Origin: Candidatus Methylomirabilis limnetica
GTDB taxonomy: Bacteria > Methylomirabilota > Methylomirabilia > Methylomirabilales > Methylomirabilaceae
DNA length: 32,000 nucleotides
Direction of reading: 5' to 3'
Assembly (NCBI RefSeq): GCF_003044035.1
Contig: NZ_NVQC01000026.1
Span: 1-32,000 of the forward strand
The notes beneath the pieces are model-generated. The model saw only the letters and a program-made list of their open reading frames with translations. It had not been told where the DNA came from and did no database searches. A program made the position numbers and the translations under genes. Shown here one piece after another: positions 8,806 to 16,047 of the stretch; the first letter of the stretch is position 1, and the number at the start of each line of letters is the position of its first letter.

Positions 8806-10458
8806 TTAGAAGTACTCGACCTCCTCAGGCGGACCGCTCACCGGGATCATCTCTTCGCCGGTGGGAATAGGTCTGCGCGGCGTGTATGTCGCGTGTGCCT
8901 GCTCGTCGTAGAAGTAGACTCCGGCTGCCTTGAGGGGTTGAAAATTCGGGTCTGCTGCGACGTGATCGCCCCCTCCGACAGAAGGAAGCCAGCCCTTAAG
9001 GTTGGCTTCATAGCTGAGGAGCCAAAGACGACCACGAAGCTCATCTGCGGTCATCGCTTGCTCCCATTGAGCAAGAGATGTGGTCCGCGACGCTTGGCCC
9101 TTGCTCCGAAGGTCGAGCGCAAGGAGGGCTACGACCACGTCTTCGAGGGTAGAGACGGCCTTCATCGCGTAATCATCGAGAGGGAGACCAAACAGGAGCA
9201 AGCCCCAGAGAGCCCACGCCACCTCGCTTCCGTGGCCCCTTGGCGCATGGTCAGCAAGGATGTTGTGCAGCGCCGAATGTAGGTTCTGCGTGTCGAGCTT
9301 GTAGCCTGCGTCCACGTACCGCTTGAGTTGCTCGATTGCGAACGGAAGGGTTCCGGGCTCAGAACACGCGGCTTGAAGCAGGAGATGCTGAAAGAGAGCC
9401 CAGTTTGAAGGAGCAACGATTAGCGACGACGCGCGGCTGATTGCGTACCGGAGAACCGGATCACCAGGGTTTGCCGACGCGAGTTCAAAGGAACGATCGA
9501 AGTATCGGATGAGGTCGTATCGCTGTGAGCGAACCCCGGGGCGGAAGGAGAAGATCCGGAGTTCCGAAGACCAAGGGCTGTCCACTGGACTCGGCAGATC
9601 GATGATGCGGGTCTTGGTGGGATTGAGCTGAAGCTCGAACTCGTTCAGTACGCCCTGGAGGATTGAGAGCGCCCTTTCTGCATCGGAGTAGCTGGCGAAG
9701 CCCAACTCGTAATCGTCGATGTAACGGAAGCCGTTGAGAGCCACCTGCTTGGCCAGAAGAACGTCGGCCGCAGTGAGAACCACCTCAGCGATCACGAGGG
9801 AGGTGTCCGGACCAATCGGGATTCCGATAGTCTGCTGATCTTGCGCGTTTCGCAGGCATCGGTCGATCATGTTGCCGAGTAGGGCAGTTGACGTCTTCTG
9901 GATCTTGGCGACGGCCTTGAAATGGAGCGCCCACGGCACGCTGTGTGTGTAGAGAGATGGGTAGAACTGCGAAATGTCCGCACGGAGGATCACGCGTGAT
10001 GTTGATTGGACCCGGGCGCGGTGGATTGGACGGTCGCTGAGTGCGGCTTTGCGGTCGATGGCCCGTTTGCCGGAGGCGTCGACCTGGGGGCTGGTTAGTG
10101 AAATCGGCGATTTGACGCAGTGTGCCACGATCGTCTGCCAGTGCGCCGCAACTAGTGAGGCAATCTGAGAGAAGCTCACGGGGTTTGGGATGCCCAGCCG
10201 TCGCCGAAGGCTGCCCGGTCGAGCGAGGTTGTGGACTGCGATCTGGGAAGAAAATGGAGGCGGCGGGTTCGGGTGAAACGCCGCGGGCAAAACAGTCAGT
10301 CTTGAGGCCGCGAGCGAGGCGAAGGGCTTCGTGGTAAATGGAGGAGGAAGCTCCCTCGCGAAGTAGCCGCGAGCTATCAGAGCGCCAAGGTCAGCCACTC
10401 GACTCGTACACTCCTTGCCCTCCAGCGCTAGCCCGCTCAGCCGGGCACCATCAGGCAT
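8806..10458 (-). CDS. stand-alone reverse transcriptase, UG/Abi (defence-associated) type, with a helical C-terminal extension
   Basis: 550 aa. RT motifs seen: LRRRLGIPNPVSF, RADISQFYPSLYTHSVPWAL, GIPIGPDTSLVIAEVVL, RYIDDYELGF (YxDD, encoded at ~9712-9723) and LQLNPTKTRI. After these comes ~270 aa of helix-rich sequence (NWALFQHLLLQAA...EVAWALWGLLLFGL...VVVALLALDL). I recognise no group II maturase/En domain and no nuclease, nitrilase or primase domain. Confidence 0.85.
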   Translation of the reverse strand: MPDGARLSGLALEGKECTSRVADLGALIARGYFARELPPPFTTKPFASLAASRLTVLPAAFHPNPPPPFSSQIAVHNLARPGSLRRRLGIPNPVSFSQIASLVAAHWQTIVAHCVKSPISLTSPQVDASGKRAIDRKAALSDRPIHRARVQSTSRVILRADISQFYPSLYTHSVPWALHFKAVAKIQKTSTALLGNMIDRCLRNAQDQQTIGIPIGPDTSLVIAEVVLTAADVLLAKQVALNGFRYIDDYELGFASYSDAERALSILQGVLNEFELQLNPTKTRIIDLPSPVDSPWSSELRIFSFRPGVRSQRYDLIRYFDRSFELASANPGDPVLRYAISRASSLIVAPSNWALFQHLLLQAACSEPGTLPFAIEQLKRYVDAGYKLDTQNLHSALHNILADHAPRGHGSEVAWALWGLLLFGLPLDDYAMKAVSTLEDVVVALLALDLRSKGQASRTTSLAQWEQAMTADELRGRLWLLSYEANLKGWLPSVGGGDHVAADPNFQPLKAAGVYFYDEQAHATYTPRRPIPTGEEMIPVSGPPEEVEYF

Positions 10459-10908
10459 CGTCGAACCGCCGGCTGCAGCGGCTTGCTGGGTATCGAGTTG
10501 TCCTCAGCGGCCAGACGGAGAAACAAAGCAGAACTGATTTCTCTCCACCGCGTTGGGCGGCCGCCCTTTCCAGTCTACTCCACCGCCGCGGTCCCAGGTG
10601 TGGGTGTTGGTGGGTGCCTCTCGAGCCGAGGCGGCGGTGCGGCCGGACGGTGCTCCCCTTCATCGGCGAGCATCCTGGCAGAGCGGAGGGCGGGACGTCA
10701 TGCGCTCCGACGACCCCCGCACGGGGACCGGCGCTCGTCGGGTGCGAGCCTCTGCATCGTCGTCTCAGCTCCGCAGCCACCTGTATCCGTGGATGCACGC
10801 GAGTAGGCGCTAGGACGCGCTGGGCCACGTTGAGCAAAAGATGGCGGAGAAGCAGCCAGCGATCGTCGAGGTTACGGCACCTGCAGGGCAGCCACCCGCC
10901 GTTCCTCA

Positions 10909-11817
10909 CTAGAGCATGTCCATTCGAAGCTGCGCGAACGCGAAGGCCCAGTGAGCCCAAGCGGATGGCGGGCGGGGGGCACTGAGAATTTCATCCGCCT
11001 GGGGGACCGAACCAACCACCTCCACTAACTGGTCCTTCAAGGGAAGGAGCTCTGTGAGGGGGGCAGGGTGCGCGCGAAGCCATCCAAGTAAGATCTGCGG
11101 GGAGGGCACCTTCGTCACCGCCGACAGGGAGCCCGCCACGAACTCACCGCCACTCGAGGCGCCTTTCGAGGAAGTGAAACTGATCCCGGATTGGAAGCCA
11201 GCCTGGAGCTGCCCACTGAGGTGCACCTGGCCGGAAAGCGTGCGGCCGACAGGATTGGCCACCCAGAGCAGCTCGGGGGCGAGGTGATCGAGCCGGCAGA
11301 CCGCGGGCGTCACATAATAGAATGCCCCAGCCTGATCGACCCCCCCGAGCCCGACCATCTCGATAGTCTCCTGCGTGGTAGCCCTGGCAGCCGTCGCCAC
11401 CGGGTCGCGGCGCAGATCGACTCCACAGCGAGCGACCCGGAAATGCAGGACGCGTAGCCACAGCCCCATCCCGGACTCCGCCAGCAACGAGAGGCTAGCC
11501 CGTACGCCCGCGGGGCTCGGCCGCGCCGCATTGAGAACCACATCGACCTCCTCCGGGGCCCAGGGCATGACGAAAATCTGACCGAGGCCCCGCAGCAGCC
11601 AGAGGGGGGAAATCTGATACCGGTCAGCCAGCACGCTAAGGTGCGGGCTTCGCAGCTCCACCTTCCCCGTCTCGGCCGACGAAATCGCATTCAGGCCCAC
11701 CCCCAGCGCTGCGGCCATCGTGGTCTGCGTGAGCCCCAGGGCGGCCCGCACGAGGGCCAGGCGGCGCCCGACCTCTTGGAGCTGCAGGCGCTCTTGACTA
11801 GATCGCTCTCTTCTCAT
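10909..11817 (-). CDS. XRE-family HTH protein with an uncharacterised ~220-aa C-terminal domain
   Basis: ORF track 10909..11946. I place the start at the ATG at 11817, because the product MRRERSSQERLQLQEVGRRLALVRAALGLTQTTMAAALGVGLNAISSAETGKVELRSPHLSVLADRYQISPLWLLRG is a canonical Cro/CI-type HTH. The 43 codons upstream cross an AT-rich promoter-like region. I do not recognise the C-terminal domain. Confidence 0.7.
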   Translation of the reverse strand: MRRERSSQERLQLQEVGRRLALVRAALGLTQTTMAAALGVGLNAISSAETGKVELRSPHLSVLADRYQISPLWLLRGLGQIFVMPWAPEEVDVVLNAARPSPAGVRASLSLLAESGMGLWLRVLHFRVARCGVDLRRDPVATAARATTQETIEMVGLGGVDQAGAFYYVTPAVCRLDHLAPELLWVANPVGRTLSGQVHLSGQLQAGFQSGISFTSSKGASSGGEFVAGSLSAVTKVPSPQILLGWLRAHPAPLTELLPLKDQLVEVVGSVPQADEILSAPRPPSAWAHWAFAFAQLRMDML

Positions 11818-11828
11818 GTGAATTTCAT

Positions 11829-11857
11829 TTGACAAAAGAAATATAGCTATGTAAGAT
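11829..11857 (+). promoter_or_regulatory. sigma-70-like promoter reading towards the transposon end and tnsAB
   Basis: TTGACA (11829-11834), a 17-nt spacer, then TAAGAT (11852-11857). The spacer contains the 8-bp palindrome ATAGCTAT (11843-11850). Confidence 0.4.
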
Positions 11858-11868
11858 AGGTCAGACGA

Positions 11869-12128
11869 TGTGGCGTATGTGACACCAAGCATCTCACATG
11901 ACACGAGAATCTTCAATCGCAAAGGCCTGGACGCCCAGCGAGGCAATCGCCGTGTCTCGGTTTAGGTGGCCACCGCGCTAGCGCCACGGAGCCGGTGGAC
12001 ACCCAGGACCGGACGCCGGATCAACTAGTTGCTGACGGAGGTGACCTCTTGCCAGACGCGTCACTTGGAGAATCCGTAGCAGTCGCTCCGACCGGTAGCG
12101 TCAATCGACGAAAACCTGTCACCAAGGG
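11869..12128 (+). repeat. candidate Tn7-like right-end region with reiterated GAC(A/G)CC(A/C)AG motifs
   Basis: TGTGGCGTATGTGACACCAAG starts at 11869 (the Tn7 family terminus is TGT...). Direct copies of the core are GACACCAAG at 11881, GACGCCCAG at 11930 and GACACCCAG at 11999, with related GTCACCAAG at 12118. The region sits directly upstream of tnsA, where Tn7-type right ends lie. Confidence 0.3.
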
Positions 12129-12154
12129 ATCTCGGTTTCGAGGAAGAGGACAAG

Positions 12155-14857
12155 ATGCTAACCAGCGATGATCTCCGTGCGTGGTCTCAACGTCTGAGTC
12201 TCTCGGAGGAGGGGCGGGCCGCAATCGATCGTGTGCGATGCTCCCCTCCTTCTCGCCTCGTGGGGGGCGGTAGGAACAACGTCAGCGGGCGGTACCCGAG
12301 CAAAAAGATGGGCGCCATGATCCAGTTTGAGAGCCACCGCGTGGAGTTGCCCACGATCTATGAACTGGAGCACGATCCCGACGTGCTCGAGTTCTACGAT
12401 CAGCCACCCCCGATCGAGTTGCGCTACGAGAGCAAGAGGGGGCGGCGGCTGATTGTTTCACACACCTCAGATTTCTTCGTCCTCCGAAAGGAGGCGGCGG
12501 GATGGGAAGAATGCAAGACTGAAGAGGGGCTGGTCAAACTTGCCGACGACGCCCCTCACCGGTACCAGCACACGGAGAATGGTCGCTGGCGCTGTCCGCC
12601 GGGCGAGGCCTATGCCGCGCCACGCGGCCTCTACTACCGCTTCCGCTCATCGCAGAAGATCGACTGGGGCCTCCAGCGGAACCTGCAGTTCCTGGACGAT
12701 TACTTCCGTGGGGAGCGCGTCCCCGTAAGTCCCGACGCCGAGCAGGCCGTGCGGGCCCAGCTCCGGACTGAGCCGGGGATCACATTGGCCGCCCTCGTGC
12801 GCAAGACTGAGGGGGCCGCGACGCAAGACGACATCCATTTCCTGATCGCCCGTGAGGAGATCTACGTGGGCCTATCGGCCGCGTTTCTCGGGGAGCCGGA
12901 CACGGTGCGGGTCTTTGTGTCGAAGGAGACCGCAGTCGCGTATGGGCGGGTGGTGAGCCCGCACCCTGGCCCGGCCCCCGCTGGGTGCCCCTACCTGGAT
13001 CTGCGCGTGGGAGGCGCGCTCGTGTGGGATGGGAGGGTCCGCAAGATCGTAAATGTCGGACAGACGACGATCAGCCTCCTGGGCGACGACTCGCACGTGG
13101 TGGACCTCTCGGAGGCGCAGTTGGAGGCGTTGGTGCGAGATGGTCGGATTAGCCCTGTCCCGGAAGCATCGGACGCGAGACCCCACGAGGAGGTGCTCCA
13201 GCGTCTCCAGGCAGCAGATGACCGAACGCTCGCAGTCGCCAACCGTCGGGACCGGATTCTCCGCGGCCAGGTGGGCGGGGACCCGCCTCCCAACGAGCCG
13301 CAGGTACCGGAGCGGACCCTCCGGCGTTGGAAGGCCTGGTTCCGGCAGGCCGAGGCGCACTATGGGAACGGCTTCGTCGGGCTCTTGCCGCGCACCCGTC
13401 AGCGGGGGAATCGGACCCCGAGGTTGTCAGAGGAGGTGAAGGCACTGCTTGAGGAGGCCATCCTGACGGACTACGAAACGCTCAAGCAAAAGACTAGGTA
13501 TGCCTGTTGGCAGGCGCTTAAGCTGAGATGCAATGCGCAAAAGGTTGTCGCCCCCAGTTACCCGACATTCTGCGAGGCGGTGAAAAAGCGTCCACAACTC
13601 CTAAAAACGCGCAAACGGCAGGGCCGTCGGGCCGCCTACGCGCATGAAGTACCTTATTTGTATTTAGACCAAACCACACCCCGTCATGGAGATCGGCCCT
13701 TTGAGATCGGGCATATCGACCATACCCAACTGGATTTGGAGTGTGTGAGTGCCGACGACGGCACGGGGCTCGGACGTCCATGGCTGACCCTTTTCACTGA
13801 TGCCTACTCCCGTAGGGTCTTGGCCTTCTACTTATCGTACGATCGGCCCTCGTCTCGCGCCTGTATGATGGTCGTCCGAGAGTGTGTCCGCCGGCACAGG
13901 CGGCTCCCGCAGATCGTGGTAGTGGACGGAGGTGCCGAGTTCGGGGGGAACTACTTTGAGGGCCTACTGACCATGTTTCAAATCCTGAAGAAAGTCCGGC
14001 CGCCAAGCAAGGCCCGGTTCGGCTCGGTGTGTGAGCGGATGTTTGGGACCACCAATACACAATTTTTGTACAACCTTGCCGGCAATACCCAGCTCACCCG
14101 ACGCCCTCGGCAGGTGACCAAGTCCACAAATCCTAAGAAGCACGCCGTCTGGTCCCTCGGCGAGCTCTACGAGCGCCTCGATGAGTACCTATACGAGGTT
14201 TTCGATACACTGTCCCATCCGGCACTGGGTCAGAGTCCCCGCGAGGCCTTTACGACGGGACAGGCGCAGAGTGGGCTGCGCTCCCATCGGCTCATTCCGT
14301 ACGACGAGACCTTCTTGCTTCTCACGTTGCCCCTCACGGCCAAAGGAACGGCCAAGGTCATGCCGGGGCGCGGTGTGAAGATCAATCATCTCTACTATTG
14401 GGCTGAGGTCTTTCGCGATCCTGAAGTCGAAGGGCAGTCGGTACCTGTGCGCTACGACCCCTTTGACGCGGGGCTCGCGCATGCCTTCGTCCGGGGCAGG
14501 TGGCAGCGGTGTCATTCGGAGTACTACCACGTGTTCCAAGGCCGGACGGAGCAAGAAGTGCGCCTCGCGACGAAGACACTCCTGGCGATGCGCCGTCAAT
14601 ACGCTCAGGACCGGGCCATCACCGCCAAGCGGCTCGCCGAACTGGTGCAATCCGTCGAAGTCCAAGAACAGCAGCTCATACAGCGGCGACGGGACCAGGA
14701 GAGTCTGAGGATACGGGGCGTCAGCACGGGGGCGGTGAGCGCTCCCGTGCCGCCCCGTCCTGCGGCTTCGCCACAGACCAGTGGCAGGGCTGCCGCGGGG
14801 GACGCGCCCGAACCTGAAACACCCGCACCGGATCGTAAGCCGTATGGGAGATTCTAA
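12155..14857 (+). CDS. tnsAB: fused TnsA-like endonuclease / TnsB-like DDE transposase
   Basis: 900 aa. The N-terminal part reads NVSGRYPSKKMGAMIQFESHRVELPTIYELEHDPDVLEFYDQPPPIE...SHTSDFFVLRKEAAGWEECK, which is the TnsA N-terminal E/D/K layout. The C-terminal ~550 aa form a Mu/TnsB-type core with IGHIDHTQLDL, LTLFTDAYSRRVLAF, VVVDGGAEFGG and GSVCERMFGTTN (DDE). It is a single uninterrupted frame. Confidence 0.9.
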   Translation: MLTSDDLRAWSQRLSLSEEGRAAIDRVRCSPPSRLVGGGRNNVSGRYPSKKMGAMIQFESHRVELPTIYELEHDPDVLEFYDQPPPIELRYESKRGRRLIVSHTSDFFVLRKEAAGWEECKTEEGLVKLADDAPHRYQHTENGRWRCPPGEAYAAPRGLYYRFRSSQKIDWGLQRNLQFLDDYFRGERVPVSPDAEQAVRAQLRTEPGITLAALVRKTEGAATQDDIHFLIAREEIYVGLSAAFLGEPDTVRVFVSKETAVAYGRVVSPHPGPAPAGCPYLDLRVGGALVWDGRVRKIVNVGQTTISLLGDDSHVVDLSEAQLEALVRDGRISPVPEASDARPHEEVLQRLQAADDRTLAVANRRDRILRGQVGGDPPPNEPQVPERTLRRWKAWFRQAEAHYGNGFVGLLPRTRQRGNRTPRLSEEVKALLEEAILTDYETLKQKTRYACWQALKLRCNAQKVVAPSYPTFCEAVKKRPQLLKTRKRQGRRAAYAHEVPYLYLDQTTPRHGDRPFEIGHIDHTQLDLECVSADDGTGLGRPWLTLFTDAYSRRVLAFYLSYDRPSSRACMMVVRECVRRHRRLPQIVVVDGGAEFGGNYFEGLLTMFQILKKVRPPSKARFGSVCERMFGTTNTQFLYNLAGNTQLTRRPRQVTKSTNPKKHAVWSLGELYERLDEYLYEVFDTLSHPALGQSPREAFTTGQAQSGLRSHRLIPYDETFLLLTLPLTAKGTAKVMPGRGVKINHLYYWAEVFRDPEVEGQSVPVRYDPFDAGLAHAFVRGRWQRCHSEYYHVFQGRTEQEVRLATKTLLAMRRQYAQDRAITAKRLAELVQSVEVQEQQLIQRRRDQESLRIRGVSTGAVSAPVPPRPAASPQTSGRAAAGDAPEPETPAPDRKPYGRF

Positions 14858-16047
14858 TGGATTCTGCGGAACATGCATTCCCCCCCACCCTCCTGACTCA
14901 GCCGTGGCCCGAACGGCTCAAGCACTTTCACGGCTATATCATGGGGCACCCGCACCTGGTGGCCGCCAAGGATCGACTGCTGGCAGCCATTCGAGAACTA
15001 GAGCCCAATTCGCTGGTTCTGGTCCTCGGTCCCACCGGCGTCGGCAAGACGACGTTAAAGAACGGAATTGAGAAAGAGCTCACCAAGGGCCTCCAGGAGG
15101 CAATGGTGACCGACCCCGGGAGGATGCCGTTCATCAGCGTCGAGGCGGTCGCGCCCGAGTCGGGCAACTTTAACTGGCGCGACTACTTCCGGCGGCTCCT
15201 GCTCCAGGGGGCAGAGCCGCTGGTGGACCACAAGCGGAAGGGCTCGCTGACGGAGGAAGAGGGCATGCCTGTCCTGCCGCTCATTCCCGGTACGAGAAGG
15301 ACCGGAGCGGAATACCAGCACGCCGTCGAACAGCTTTTGCGCTGCCGACGGCCGGAGGCGGTCCTGATTGACGAAGCGCAACACCTCGCCATCATGGTTT
15401 CAGGGCGTAAATTGTCCGATCAACTCGATGTCATCAAGTCGCTTGCGAATCGCAGCAGCACGCCCCATGTCCTGTTCGGGACCTATGGACTGCTCCCGTT
15501 CCGCAACTTAAGTGGTCAGTTGAGCCGCCGCAGCCTGGATATCCACCTTCCGCGCTATCGGGCCGACGACTCCCGGCAATGGGAGATTTTCCTCCATGTA
15601 CTGCGGGACTTCGAGTCGCAGCTACCGCTCCGGGAGCGCCCGGACCTCGTCCAGCATGCGGATTTTCTGTACGAACGCAGCATTGGCCTCGTGGGGGTGG
15701 TCAAAAACTGGTTGCTGCGGACGCTTGCCCCCGCGCTGGAAGCCGGGAAGACGACCCTCACTCTGCGCGACCTGGAGCGGCATGTACTCTCCGTCCCGCA
15801 ATGCCAGAAGATTTTGTCAGAGGCGCTGAACGGTGAGGACCAGATGGCCGAGAGCGCCGCTGAGCGCGCGCGGCTGCGCACGACCCTGGGGCTGGATACC
15901 AATCACACTGGCGCACAACCGCGGACAACGGAGGGGGCCACCCAGAACGGCTCCAAGGCCGCTGCGGCGCGGGCCACGAAGCTCCGACCTGGTCGGCGCC
16001 GGCCTAAGCGCGATGAGATTGGCACCGTGGTCTCCAGCCATGTATGA
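14857..16047 (+). CDS. tnsC: AAA+ ATPase of the TnsC/TniB family
   Basis: 396 aa with Walker A (LGPTGVGKTT) and Walker B (VLIDEAQHL). The ATG overlaps the tnsAB stop (TAATG at 14855-14859). Confidence 0.9.
   Translation: MDSAEHAFPPTLLTQPWPERLKHFHGYIMGHPHLVAAKDRLLAAIRELEPNSLVLVLGPTGVGKTTLKNGIEKELTKGLQEAMVTDPGRMPFISVEAVAPESGNFNWRDYFRRLLLQGAEPLVDHKRKGSLTEEEGMPVLPLIPGTRRTGAEYQHAVEQLLRCRRPEAVLIDEAQHLAIMVSGRKLSDQLDVIKSLANRSSTPHVLFGTYGLLPFRNLSGQLSRRSLDIHLPRYRADDSRQWEIFLHVLRDFESQLPLRERPDLVQHADFLYERSIGLVGVVKNWLLRTLAPALEAGKTTLTLRDLERHVLSVPQCQKILSEALNGEDQMAESAAERARLRTTLGLDTNHTGAQPRTTEGATQNGSKAAAARATKLRPGRRRPKRDEIGTVVSSHV

Noticed and set aside
8806-10458. The RT as a retron, group II intron, DGR or CRISPR-associated RT
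   Set aside because: At 550 aa it is too long for a retron RT, and I saw no msr/msd-like inverted repeats next to it. It has YIDD rather than the YADD context, with no maturase X or En domain and no intron RNA domains. There is no DGR template/variable repeat pair or accessory gene. There are no cas genes or array.
10338-10985. ORFs 10338..10985 (+) and 10451..10960 (-) across the RT-upstream spacer
   Set aside because: Their products are R/P/G/S-rich with no motifs, overlap the real gene ends and lack SD sequences. I treat the region as non-coding.
11818-11946. 43-codon N-terminal extension of the HTH gene
   Set aside because: It crosses the AT-rich promoter-like region. The HTH domain starts right at the internal ATG (11817).
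8775-12000. Integron cassette array or attI/attC sites next to the intI remnant
   Set aside because: I found no GTTRRRY / RYYYAAC core pairs bounding the neighbouring genes. Those genes are co-oriented with intI instead of opposed to it. This needs IntegronFinder to be certain.
15833-16039. 69-codon N-terminal extension of the tniQ ORF
   Set aside because: It lies wholly within the 3' end of tnsC in another frame and is Arg/Pro-rich. The ATG at 16040 gives a typical TniQ N-terminus and an ATGTATGA stop/start overlap.
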